A stretch of 64,000 bases of DNA from positions 46,130 to 110,129 of the forward strand of contig PMBI01000082.1 in NCBI GenBank assembly GCA_003153775.1, in the 5' to 3' direction. This DNA comes from Syntrophaceae bacterium. Lineage in GTDB: Bacteria > Desulfobacterota > Syntrophia > Syntrophales > UBA2185. Below are positions 38,790 to 47,677 of this stretch, piece by piece. A program made the position numbers and the translations under genes. Under the pieces are notes generated by a model that ran no database searches, was not told where the DNA came from, and was given only the letters and a program-made list of their open reading frames with translations. Each line of letters starts with the position of its first letter. Positions within the stretch are counted from its first letter, which is position 1.

Positions 38790-40703
38790 GTGAGTAAGAT
38801 CAATACACTTGAAGATTTGAACAAGGCAGCAAAAAGAGGGCTGGAATCTATCATCCCATCAAAGACGAAAATCATGGTCGGAATGGCGACGAGTGGGATC
38901 GCCTCGGGAGCCCAGGAGGTCTACAATGCCTTGGAAGCGGAGATAAAGAAACGGAAGCTGGACTTTGTCCTCAGCAAAACGGGGGCTATGGGGATGGATT
39001 GCATAGAGCCCCTTGTGGATGTCCTGCAGCCGAACAAGCCGCGTCTGGCTTTCAGCAAGATGACCGCCAAGAAGGTGCCGGAGGTTATCGACCAGATTGT
39101 GAAAGGTGCGACTAACGGTAACAAACCCACGTATAGAATGGATGAGGAAGACTTCATCTGTTTGAATGAAAAGAAGCCTTATTTCAAAGGCGCCGTTCCG
39201 AAAGATTTGGCGGATGTTCCCAAGATAGGGGATGTCAAATTCTACAAGAAGCAATTGAAGCTGGCCACCAGAAACTGCGGGATGATCAATTATGAGAGCA
39301 TAGATGAATACATCGCCAAGGGTGGTTACTTCAGCCTTCTTAAGGCCCTCACGAAAATGAAGCCGGATGAGATCATTGAAGAGATCATCGCTTCAGGTTT
39401 GAGGGGTCGTGGAGGCGGAGGGTTCCCCGCCGGCATCAAGTGGCAGACCTGCAGACGCGCCCATGGAGACATTAAGTACGTGATCTGCAATGGCGATGAA
39501 GGAGACCCCGGCGCTTACATGGACAGAAGTGTTATGGAAGGCGATCCCCATAGTGTCATCGAGGGCATGATTATTGGCGCATACGCCATCGGTTCCGGTC
39601 AGGGATTTCTTTATGTTAGAAATGAGTATCCTCTGGCTGTTGCCAATCTGCAGCGGGCAATTGACCAGGCGAGGGAATGCGGTTTCCTGGGGAAGAATAT
39701 TCTCAATACAGGGTTTGATTTTGATCTGAAAATCGGCAAGGGCGCAGGCGCATTTGTTTGCGGTGAATCGACGGCCTTGATGACTTCTCTGGAAGGCAAA
39801 GCCGGCGAGCCGAGAGCAAAATACATACACACAGTTGAGCATGGACTTTGGGACAGGCCGTCCAATCTGAATAATGTGGAGACATGGGCCAATGTTCCCG
39901 CCATTATCAGCAGAGGAGCGAAGTGGTTCTCCAGCATCGGCTGTAAGAACAATTCCGGAACGAAGGTATTTTCCGTTGTCGGCAAGATAAATAATATCGG
40001 GTTGGTTGAGGTTCCCATGGGGATACCTTTGAGAGATATTATCTATGAAATCGGCGGCGGGATTCCCGGAGGGAAGAAGTACAAGGCAGTGCAAACCGGT
40101 GGTCCATCCGGTGGATGCCTGCCCAATAGTCTGATAGATATTTCTGTTGATTTTGATTCTCTGTGGGAAGCCGGCTCCATGATGGGTTCCGGTGGTATGA
40201 TTGTCATGGACGAAAGCACCTGCATGGTAGACATTGCGAGGTATTTCATCGATTTCCTCGAATTTGAATCCTGCGGTAAGTGTGTTCCCTGCCGGGAAGG
40301 GGTTCATAGGATGAATGAAATCCTGCATGACATTTGCGAAGGCAAAGGAAAGAAGGGTGACGTTGAGCTTCTCGAGTCCATGTCCCAGGGTATCGTCGAT
40401 GGCGCCTTGTGCGCCCTGGGCAGCACAGCTGCAAACCCGATTTTGAGTACCCTCAAATATTTCCGTAATGAGTATGTCGCTCATGTTCGGGACAAGAAAT
40501 GTCCTGCCGGTGTCTGTAAGGCTCTGATCAGTTTCAAGATCAATGCAAAAAAATGCACGGGATGCGGCGTTTGCGCCAAGAAGTGTCCCACTGTCTGCAT
40601 AACCGGTCAAAAGAAAAAGCCACATGTGATTGATCAGAAAATATGTATCAGGTGCGGTGTCTGTAAGGAAAGCTGTAAATTTGAAGCAATAAGCATAGAA
40701 TGA
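38790..40703 (+). CDS. NuoF/HydB-like NAD(P)H-binding flavoprotein subunit with C-terminal 2x[4Fe-4S] domain
   Basis: 637 aa, GTG start. FMN/NADH segments are GLRGRGGGGFPAGIKW and CNGDEGDPGA. The 4Fe-4S segment is ESCGKCVPCREG. The C-terminal motifs are CTGCGVCAKKCP and CIRCGVCKESC. Confidence 0.88.
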   Translation: MSKINTLEDLNKAAKRGLESIIPSKTKIMVGMATSGIASGAQEVYNALEAEIKKRKLDFVLSKTGAMGMDCIEPLVDVLQPNKPRLAFSKMTAKKVPEVIDQIVKGATNGNKPTYRMDEEDFICLNEKKPYFKGAVPKDLADVPKIGDVKFYKKQLKLATRNCGMINYESIDEYIAKGGYFSLLKALTKMKPDEIIEEIIASGLRGRGGGGFPAGIKWQTCRRAHGDIKYVICNGDEGDPGAYMDRSVMEGDPHSVIEGMIIGAYAIGSGQGFLYVRNEYPLAVANLQRAIDQARECGFLGKNILNTGFDFDLKIGKGAGAFVCGESTALMTSLEGKAGEPRAKYIHTVEHGLWDRPSNLNNVETWANVPAIISRGAKWFSSIGCKNNSGTKVFSVVGKINNIGLVEVPMGIPLRDIIYEIGGGIPGGKKYKAVQTGGPSGGCLPNSLIDISVDFDSLWEAGSMMGSGGMIVMDESTCMVDIARYFIDFLEFESCGKCVPCREGVHRMNEILHDICEGKGKKGDVELLESMSQGIVDGALCALGSTAANPILSTLKYFRNEYVAHVRDKKCPAGVCKALISFKINAKKCTGCGVCAKKCPTVCITGQKKKPHVIDQKICIRCGVCKESCKFEAISIE

Positions 40704-41428
40704 AGGTAGGGGAAATGGTAAACTTTATCATAGATGGTAAGAAGGTTGAGGCTAAGGAAGGTGCAACGGTACTTCAGGTGGCCCGTAACAATGGCATAGT
40801 GATTCCAACCCTGTGCTGTCATGAGTCAGTCGCTCCATCGGGAGCATGCCGCCTCTGCGTGGTGGAGGTCAAGAAAGGCAAGAGGACGAGGATCGTGACG
40901 TCATGCCTGTATCCTGTTGATGAAGGTCTCGTTGTTGAAACGAAAACAGAAAGGGTTATGAATGTCCGGCGTCTCGTTATGCAGCTTCTCATGGCAAGGT
41001 GTCCTGAGTCCGACGTGCTTAAGGCAATGGCTAAAGAGATGGGCATTGAACCGCAACCCGCCTTTCATCCTGAAACAGACAAAGGGAAGTGCGTGCTATG
41101 CAGGCTTTGCGTTAAGGCCTGTGAAGATGTTGTGGGCGTTAGTGCCATTGGTCTATCGGGTAGAGGCAAAGATAAAAAAGTCGGCCCCCCATTCGTCGAG
41201 GATTCCAAAGCCTGTATCGGATGCGGTGCTTGTGCATATATCTGTCCGACGGAACATATCGTCATGGAGGCAACGGACGGCAAACGGAAGATATGGGGAC
41301 GTAGCTTCAAGATGCAGGCTTGCGAGAAATGCGGTAGGTATTTTGCCCCCGTTGACCAGCTGAAATACATAAGCCAGAAGACCGGCACGTCGCTGAAGGA
41401 GCTCGCGGTCTGCGTAAGCTGTAAATAA
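40700..41428 (+). CDS. NuoG/HydA N-terminal-like FeS protein ([2Fe-2S] + 2x[4Fe-4S]); no catalytic domain
   Basis: 242 aa with LCCHESVAPSGACRLC, CVLCRLCVKAC and CIGCGACAYICP motifs. The start overlaps the upstream stop (ATGA). The protein ends well before any H-cluster or molybdopterin domain. Confidence 0.8.
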   Translation: MKVGEMVNFIIDGKKVEAKEGATVLQVARNNGIVIPTLCCHESVAPSGACRLCVVEVKKGKRTRIVTSCLYPVDEGLVVETKTERVMNVRRLVMQLLMARCPESDVLKAMAKEMGIEPQPAFHPETDKGKCVLCRLCVKACEDVVGVSAIGLSGRGKDKKVGPPFVEDSKACIGCGACAYICPTEHIVMEATDGKRKIWGRSFKMQACEKCGRYFAPVDQLKYISQKTGTSLKELAVCVSCK

Positions 41429-41497
41429 GAAATCCATTCAGGAACGTCGTTATCAGCATAAAGGCCATTTGACGCGCTGTCAGGGCATGAAATAATG

Positions 41498-41535
41498 AAA
41501 GCCCCGGTGATATTTTTCACCGGGGCTTTTTATTC
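41498..41535 (+). terminator. Intrinsic terminator closing the por/NuoEFG-like operon
   Basis: 12-bp stem aaagccccggtg / caccggggcttt followed by ttatt. Confidence 0.75.
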
Positions 41536-41678
41536 ATGTGTCCCCGGCATTTGTCACTGCTCCTTTCATCCCGCAGTCGAATGATGTTGACATACATGAT
41601 AAGCCCATCTATATTTTATTCATGAAAGGCGAGAATCTAATCTGATAATGTTTAAGAGGCTTCAAAAGAGGATATGAG

Positions 41679-42326
41679 ATGGAGGCAAAAATAGAAAGGA
41701 TCACAGTTGATATGAATGCGGCCAGGCTGCCCGTGGACCTGGAAAGGTACAAGGAAAAGGCCATGGAACTGGGTGCTACCAGGACCGCGATTATAAGTGT
41801 AAAAGAGATTCCCGTGGATGAAAGAATTGTACTGAAGTGTCAGATACCGAGGTGTTTTGGTTACGGGACCAGCGTGCACTGTCCGCCACATACATTGAAA
41901 CCTGCAGAGCTGCGTGACTTATTAAAAGGGTTCGAGTGGGCGGTCTTTTTTAGCCTCGATGTTCCGCCAGAGGTTATAGTCAGAGACAGGGCTACGATAA
42001 AAGAAAGAGAAGCAGCATATCGGAAAATATTTGAGATCGTGAGTGAGATCGAGTCTATGGCTTTTTACGACGGCCACTATCTGGCCTTCGGCTTTGCCGC
42101 CGGCTCCTGCCGGCATACGTTCTGCAGCCAGCAGGAGAGCTGCCAGGCCATGGAGGGGAAGAGGTGCAGGATATCTCTGCGCTCTCGGCCTTCGATGGAA
42201 GCCGTAGGCATCGATGTTTATAAAATGGCAGCTGCAATCGGGTGGGACGTCTACCCCATAGGCAGCAACGCCAGACCGGAAGAGATATCCAAAGGCACTC
42301 TCGCGGGGATCATAATCATACAATGA
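41679..42326 (+). CDS. DUF2284 predicted metal-binding protein (paralogue 2)
   Basis: LKCQIPRCFGYGTSVHCPP and CRISLRSRPSMEAVGIDV parallel the 28249-28824 protein. A TTGACA-17 nt-TATATT promoter candidate lies at 41587-41615. Confidence 0.7.
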   Translation: MEAKIERITVDMNAARLPVDLERYKEKAMELGATRTAIISVKEIPVDERIVLKCQIPRCFGYGTSVHCPPHTLKPAELRDLLKGFEWAVFFSLDVPPEVIVRDRATIKEREAAYRKIFEIVSEIESMAFYDGHYLAFGFAAGSCRHTFCSQQESCQAMEGKRCRISLRSRPSMEAVGIDVYKMAAAIGWDVYPIGSNARPEEISKGTLAGIIIIQ

Positions 42327-42391
42327 AGAGCTTCCCGCTTTTGATGCTAACCATGCTGCTCGGTTGAATAAAAAGAACAACGGGTCTGTAG

Positions 42392-42880
42392 ATGTTTGAG
42401 AAAAGAATGTCTGATTCCAAGTTGACTGTTATCAAAACGTCTAAGAATAATTCCGGTCAAATATATGACCTCGAAGGGCGCATATTCAAGGTGAATGAAT
42501 GCTTTTCTCAATCGCAACTCCGATATCTTAAATCTTCACCAAGCGCATCTTTTTTTCTTCTTTGTGATAATGGATCTTCTGTCGGATTCGGCGTAGCCCT
42601 AAGGGACAAGTTTGGAAACGGCAAATACAAGGGAAGAATCTATTCGATTGGAGTGCTTCCGGCGTACAGAAGCACAGGTGCGGGCAAGCTCTTGCTGGAC
42701 GCGATGGAGGAATACCTGATTAAATCCCATGTGTCATTTATCGTTTTAGAGACGCTGAAAGGGAAAGGCGGCGCAGAATCTTTTTTCGCCAAGAACGGTT
42801 ACCTGGAATCTAAATTTCTTCCCGATTATTATCCTTACGGGGACGCCGTGCGCATGAGAAAAGCTGTTGCAACGGGGTAA
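42392..42880 (+). CDS. GNAT family N-acetyltransferase
   Basis: 162 aa with the acetyl-CoA motif VLPAYRSTGAGKLLL. Confidence 0.75.
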   Translation: MFEKRMSDSKLTVIKTSKNNSGQIYDLEGRIFKVNECFSQSQLRYLKSSPSASFFLLCDNGSSVGFGVALRDKFGNGKYKGRIYSIGVLPAYRSTGAGKLLLDAMEEYLIKSHVSFIVLETLKGKGGAESFFAKNGYLESKFLPDYYPYGDAVRMRKAVATG

Positions 42881-42991
42881 TAGCTATACAGCGCAAATAA
42901 AAGGTCCGAGATGTCGCCTGGCGAATCGGCTCTCGCCAGCCGATAAATCTTTCGGGAGATTCATTGGGCTTCCTCCCGGATATAAGAACTC

Positions 42992-44113
42992 TCAGCGCCT
43001 CGCCGCTTTTTCATTTTCTTTCTTCTCCGTTGCGCAGTAGATGCCGCCTTCTTCGAGTCCGCCTGTGAAGCAGTTATTGCACGAAATACACCTGGCGGGT
43101 CTCCGGTCGCCTTGCAGCCAGCGATTGGCGAGTCCCGGCTCCCAGATGAGGGGTCTGGCCAGGGAGATATAATCTATACCATCATCCAGGATGGCTTTCT
43201 CGACGACTTCGTATGATCTGAATCCGCCCACTACGATTACCGGGCAGTCAACTGCTCTTTTGATTCGGCGGGCCATTTCCAGATTATAAGCCTCCCTCTC
43301 CGGTTTCGTTATTTTGATGCGCACCGGGCTTTTTGCACCGGACGACGGGGTTCCGGCAGAGACTTCTATGGCATCGATGCCGGTATCCGCAAGCCGCTTG
43401 GCTGCGTAGATTGCGTCCTCAATTTCCAGTCCTCCTTCAATGAAATCCGCGGCGTTCAGTTTGATGAATATGGGATAATCCGCGCCGACCGTCTCCCGGA
43501 CCTCCCGGTAGACCTCAAGAAGAAACCGCACGCGATCTTCCCTGCTGCCGCCATATTCATCAGTACGGCGGTTGGTGAGAGGGGAAAGGAACTGGTTGAT
43601 GAGGAAGCCATGGGCGCCATGCAGTTGCACGGCATCGAATCCCCACGCCTTTACGCGACGGGCGGCGTTGCCGAATGCCGCCACGATATGTTTGATTTCA
43701 TCCTTCGTGAGTTCCTCAGGCGTCTCGGGAAACTGCTCAACCTTGACTGCTGAAGGGGCAAAGGGCCTGCGGCCGGCGGTCTTTGTATCCGTCTGCCCGC
43801 CGCAGTGGACTATCTGGACGGCTATCTTTCCACCTGCATCGTGCACAGCCCTTGCCATGCGTTGGAAGGGATCCGCAAAGGCATCTGTATATATACCCAT
43901 CTGGCCGGGTAAACTCCTGCCGTCCGGCCTTATGTATGCATAGCTCGTAACTATGAGGCCGATACCTCCCAGCGCCAGTTTGCGGTATAAGGAGATGAGC
44001 TTTTCGCCCGGCCTCCCGTCCTGCTCGCACATCCCCTCCCATGTAGCGGATCTTATCAACCTGTTGCGCATGGTCATACCGTTGATTGTAGTTTCTTCGA
44101 ATATCGCCGCCAT
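42992..44113 (-). CDS. NADH:flavin oxidoreductase (Old Yellow Enzyme / 2,4-dienoyl-CoA reductase N-domain type) with C-terminal Cys cluster
   Basis: The ATG at 44113 is preceded by aggagg. Typical segments are RLIRSATWEGM, HGAHGFLINQFLSP and VGGFR. The C-terminal cysteine segment is CISCNNC...YC. Confidence 0.8.
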   Translation of the reverse strand: MAAIFEETTINGMTMRNRLIRSATWEGMCEQDGRPGEKLISLYRKLALGGIGLIVTSYAYIRPDGRSLPGQMGIYTDAFADPFQRMARAVHDAGGKIAVQIVHCGGQTDTKTAGRRPFAPSAVKVEQFPETPEELTKDEIKHIVAAFGNAARRVKAWGFDAVQLHGAHGFLINQFLSPLTNRRTDEYGGSREDRVRFLLEVYREVRETVGADYPIFIKLNAADFIEGGLEIEDAIYAAKRLADTGIDAIEVSAGTPSSGAKSPVRIKITKPEREAYNLEMARRIKRAVDCPVIVVGGFRSYEVVEKAILDDGIDYISLARPLIWEPGLANRWLQGDRRPARCISCNNCFTGGLEEGGIYCATEKKENEKAARR

Positions 44114-44344
44114 TCTCTCCTCCTTAGCCGGCCAAAGCCAATTTCCAGAATCGGTTATTATAAGAGAGCCATCCATCCATCTGGACTAACTAATAATAGA
44201 AACATACAGGATTCAGACAATTTTAGAAAGAAATTCTATATGCGGAGGAAATCGTGCGCTTGCTCTTTTCATCTTCAGAAAAAGATTGACAAGATATCTT
44301 TGCTGTTATAGTTGCATATACAACTAAGCTCTCGACACACCCTT

Positions 44345-44803
44345 ATGAAGAAATCCGTTGACAGGTTATCTCTGATAAAAAGTATGTCGCAGCAGTGCAT
44401 AGCCGTGCGGATAAGGTTGCTCAACCGTATGATAACAAACATCTACGATTCCGCGTTGAGCCCGTTCGGTGTCAAGCTCAACCAGATAAGCATACTGGTT
44501 TTTATCTACCTGGCCGGGGAGGTTGGATATGATGCCCTTTGCAGACGACTGAAGATGGAAAAATCGACAGCCAGCAGAAATATAGAGCGCATGAAAAAAA
44601 AGGGATGGCTCAAGATCGCCACCGTTAAGGCGGAAAGAAAAAAAGCTTTAAAAATAACCCCCGCCGGCGAGGAGCTTTTGGGAAAGGTGCAGGAGGTGTG
44701 GGAAGACGCACAAGAGAAGGCGCTAAGTCTGCTTGGGGAGGAAGGGACAGATGTACTCTGCAAAATCGCGAACGGAATATGGAAGAAAGATAAGGCACGA
44801 TAA
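44345..44803 (+). CDS. MarR family transcriptional regulator
   Basis: Size and winged-helix segment (LNQISILVFIYLAGEVGYDALCRRLKMEKSTASRNIERMKKKGWL) fit the family. I chose the ATG at 44345. Confidence 0.8.
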   Translation: MKKSVDRLSLIKSMSQQCIAVRIRLLNRMITNIYDSALSPFGVKLNQISILVFIYLAGEVGYDALCRRLKMEKSTASRNIERMKKKGWLKIATVKAERKKALKITPAGEELLGKVQEVWEDAQEKALSLLGEEGTDVLCKIANGIWKKDKAR

Positions 44804-44847
44804 AATATTTTAAGGAAGAAGGTATATATAATGCGAGGAGGAATAAC

Positions 44848-45636
44848 ATGAAAAAAAGAATCAAGGAATTTGCATTAAGCCTTGGGGTTGACGATGTGGG
44901 AACTGCGGCGGCTGCCGATTATCAAAGTCCCCGCTCGCCGAAACTCGACACCATTTTCCCCGGTGTAAAATCCATCGTGGTCATGGCCTACAAAGAGCCG
45001 TCAAGCTGCGAGAGTGCGAATATGCAGGTGGCCATGGGCGGCAGAATGGATGTGATGGAATTTTCGCGGTCATGCAATTATAGGATGGGCCGTTTTCTGG
45101 AGAGAGAATGCGGCGCGACGGCGATGGCCGCTCCCGCGTCCTATCCCCTGGAGATGAGCATGGAAACTATGGGCGCCATCGGGGATGTCTCGCTCCGGCA
45201 TGCGGCGATTGCGGCCGGCTTGGGGGTCTTCGGCAGACACAATCTTGTTATCCATCCCAAACTCGGTACGCGCGTGATCTTCACGGCCATACTGACCGAT
45301 TTGGATATTTCTTCCGATACTCCGTGCACAGAGGAGCTGTGTGTTCACTGCGATATCTGTGTCGAAGAGTGTCCCGCCGGGGCCCTTAATGAAGAGAACA
45401 GGACGGACGTAGGAAAATGCCTGCGCACCTCGCAGCCCTACGGTATCGGCAACAGTATCCGCTTCTGGTCAAAGTTCGCTGATGCAACACCTGAAGAAAA
45501 GAAGAAGATGGTCAAAGACGTGGAGTTCTGGCGTATGTATCAGGCCGGGTTCATAGGTTTCCAATATTTCTGCTGGAACTGTATGAAATCCTGTCCGGTG
45601 GGGCAGAAACAAGAGAAGGTATCAAAGGGAAAATAG
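44848..45636 (+). CDS. QueG/reductive-dehalogenase-related 4Fe-4S dicluster protein
   Basis: The RHAAIAAGLGVFGRHNLVIHPKLGTRVIFTAILTDLDI signature is present, with CVHCDICVEECP and a second distal Cys group. Confidence 0.6.
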   Translation: MKKRIKEFALSLGVDDVGTAAAADYQSPRSPKLDTIFPGVKSIVVMAYKEPSSCESANMQVAMGGRMDVMEFSRSCNYRMGRFLERECGATAMAAPASYPLEMSMETMGAIGDVSLRHAAIAAGLGVFGRHNLVIHPKLGTRVIFTAILTDLDISSDTPCTEELCVHCDICVEECPAGALNEENRTDVGKCLRTSQPYGIGNSIRFWSKFADATPEEKKKMVKDVEFWRMYQAGFIGFQYFCWNCMKSCPVGQKQEKVSKGK

Positions 45637-45741
45637 CGCTTGCGATAGCAGGTCATCACACCGCGGGTCAGGGACAGACCTGCTACAATATCACTTTCGC
45701 AGATGAACGGATATGGGCCCCTCACGGATGGTTGTCTACTA

Positions 45742-46920
45742 TCAGCCCGCTGATATTTTTTCTGTAGCCGCGCGGGCTTCCTCGTACACTGTCCTCAGGG
45801 GAATCCCCTGTCTTGCGGCGATCTCCCGGCAGTCTTCATATTCCGGCGATATAATCCTTTTCTCCATGCCCCTATTGCTGACCTTTACCCTTACCGCTCC
45901 GAACGAAGTCTCTACAGTGATCAGCTCTCTCGGGAGTTTTCTTCTTTCCAGGCGCTGGAATCTGACCCCGAGGGAAGTTGTTTCCGTGAATACTACGGAG
46001 AGGGCCTCATCTAATTTATCAGGTGTAATCAAAATGCTGAGCAGTGTCCCCGGCCTGTTCTTCTTCATGAATATGGGCGTCATGAAAACGTCAAGGGCGC
46101 CTCTTTCAAAGAGTCTTTCCAAGGCGTAGCCGAGGATCTCCGGGTTCATGTTGTCGATATTGGTTTCGATGAGGATGACCTCGTCGTCTTCGTATCCCTC
46201 TCTTACTTCCGTCTCACCTATCCAGACCCGCAGCAGGTTCGGTATTTTCAAATCCCTGCTCCCGGCGCCATAGCCTATGCTTTCAATGGTCATTCCCGGG
46301 ATCACACCGAAACTTCTTGCCACGTGTTTGAGAATGGCAATCCCGGTGGGTGTGACAAGTTCTTTCTCGATGCCGCTCGCATATACGGGAATGCCCTTAA
46401 GAAGTTCGAGGGTGGCGGGTGCGGGAAGCGGCAGGACGCCGTGGTCACATTCAACGAATCCTGTCCCCACGGGTATTCTCGAGGCGTACACGGCTTCAAT
46501 GCCGAGCATCTCTATGGCTATGAGAGAACCGGCAACGTCAACAATGGAATCCAGTCCGCCGATCTCATGAAAATGAACATGTCCGGGATCGGCGTTGTGG
46601 ATCTTCGCCTCAACCTCTGCGAGGTCGCGAAAGATTACCTTTGCCTTCGCCTTGATTTCATCGCCAAGATCACTCTTATCCATGATCTTCTCGATGTCTG
46701 TAAGATGTCTCTCGGCGTGGCTCTCGTCTGCATTGACAGAGAATTTTGTTCCTGAGATCCCCTTCCTCGTTGTTTTTTCGGCCTTCAGGGTGAATCCGGA
46801 TATCTTCAGTTTGCTCAGTTCCAATTCAAGCTTCTTGAGATCAGCCCCGGCATCTATCAGCGCTCCCAGTATCATGTCTCCGCTGACGCCTGAGAAACAG
46901 TCGAAATAGGCTATCCTCAT
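45742..46920 (-). CDS. larC: Nickel-pincer cofactor biosynthesis protein LarC (nickel insertion, DUF111)
   Basis: 392 aa. The N-terminus is MRIAYFDCFSGVSGDM. HFHEIGGLDSIVDV and a C-terminal RKNRPG segment are present. Confidence 0.88.
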   Translation of the reverse strand: MRIAYFDCFSGVSGDMILGALIDAGADLKKLELELSKLKISGFTLKAEKTTRKGISGTKFSVNADESHAERHLTDIEKIMDKSDLGDEIKAKAKVIFRDLAEVEAKIHNADPGHVHFHEIGGLDSIVDVAGSLIAIEMLGIEAVYASRIPVGTGFVECDHGVLPLPAPATLELLKGIPVYASGIEKELVTPTGIAILKHVARSFGVIPGMTIESIGYGAGSRDLKIPNLLRVWIGETEVREGYEDDEVILIETNIDNMNPEILGYALERLFERGALDVFMTPIFMKKNRPGTLLSILITPDKLDEALSVVFTETTSLGVRFQRLERRKLPRELITVETSFGAVRVKVSNRGMEKRIISPEYEDCREIAARQGIPLRTVYEEARAATEKISAG

Positions 46921-47675
46921 TTTTCCTCACCCATATGGTTTATAAGACTTGCAAAGTATCCAGCCCCAAATCCGTTATCAATATTCACAGTCACAGAGCC
47001 CGGTGAACAACAGTTCAGCATGGACAGCAACGCCGCCAGGCCTTCGAAACTGGCGCCGTAGCCCACGCTGGTCGGTACGGAAATCACGGGACTATCGACA
47101 AGTCCGCCGATTATGCTTGCGAGGGCCCCTTCCATGCCGGCTACAACTATTATGACGTTTGCTTTGAACAGCTTTTCCTTGCTGTCGAAGAGTCTGTGCA
47201 CCCCGGCAACACCGATGTCGTAGATCCGTTCGACGGCATTCCCCATGATCTCCGCCGTAACCGCCGCCTCCTCAGCGATCGGCACATCGGATGTCCCTGC
47301 AGTGACCACAAGGATCGACTTGGCCGATTTCTTCTTCCTTTTTTTCCCCGCGAGGACGATTTTGGCCGCTTCGTAGTAGACGGCATCCTTCCTTATTTTC
47401 CTGACGGCCTTAAAGACCGTCTTGTCGGCCTTTGTTGCCATGATGAATTTCGTCTCCGGTGAGAGGCTCTCTACAATTCTCGTGATTTGTTCGATAGACT
47501 TTCCCCGGCATAATATCACTTCCGGAAAACCTCGCCGCAAATCCCTGTGGGTATCGATCTTGGCGTCGCCCAAATCCTCGTAGGGAAAAGACCGCAAGGC
47601 CCTCAGTGCATCATCGATCCCCGTTTTCCCGGCCCTAACGTTTTCCAAAAGCTTCCTGATCTTTTCTCTGTCCAT
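46917..47675 (-). CDS. larB: Nickel-pincer cofactor biosynthesis protein LarB (PurE-like carboxylase/hydrolase)
   Basis: 252 aa with an AIR-carboxylase-like core (VVTAGTSDVPIAEEA...VVAGMEGALAS). Its stop overlaps the larC start. Confidence 0.85.
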   Translation of the reverse strand: MDREKIRKLLENVRAGKTGIDDALRALRSFPYEDLGDAKIDTHRDLRRGFPEVILCRGKSIEQITRIVESLSPETKFIMATKADKTVFKAVRKIRKDAVYYEAAKIVLAGKKRKKKSAKSILVVTAGTSDVPIAEEAAVTAEIMGNAVERIYDIGVAGVHRLFDSKEKLFKANVIIVVAGMEGALASIIGGLVDSPVISVPTSVGYGASFEGLAALLSMLNCCSPGSVTVNIDNGFGAGYFASLINHMGEEK

Positions 47676-47677
47676 CT

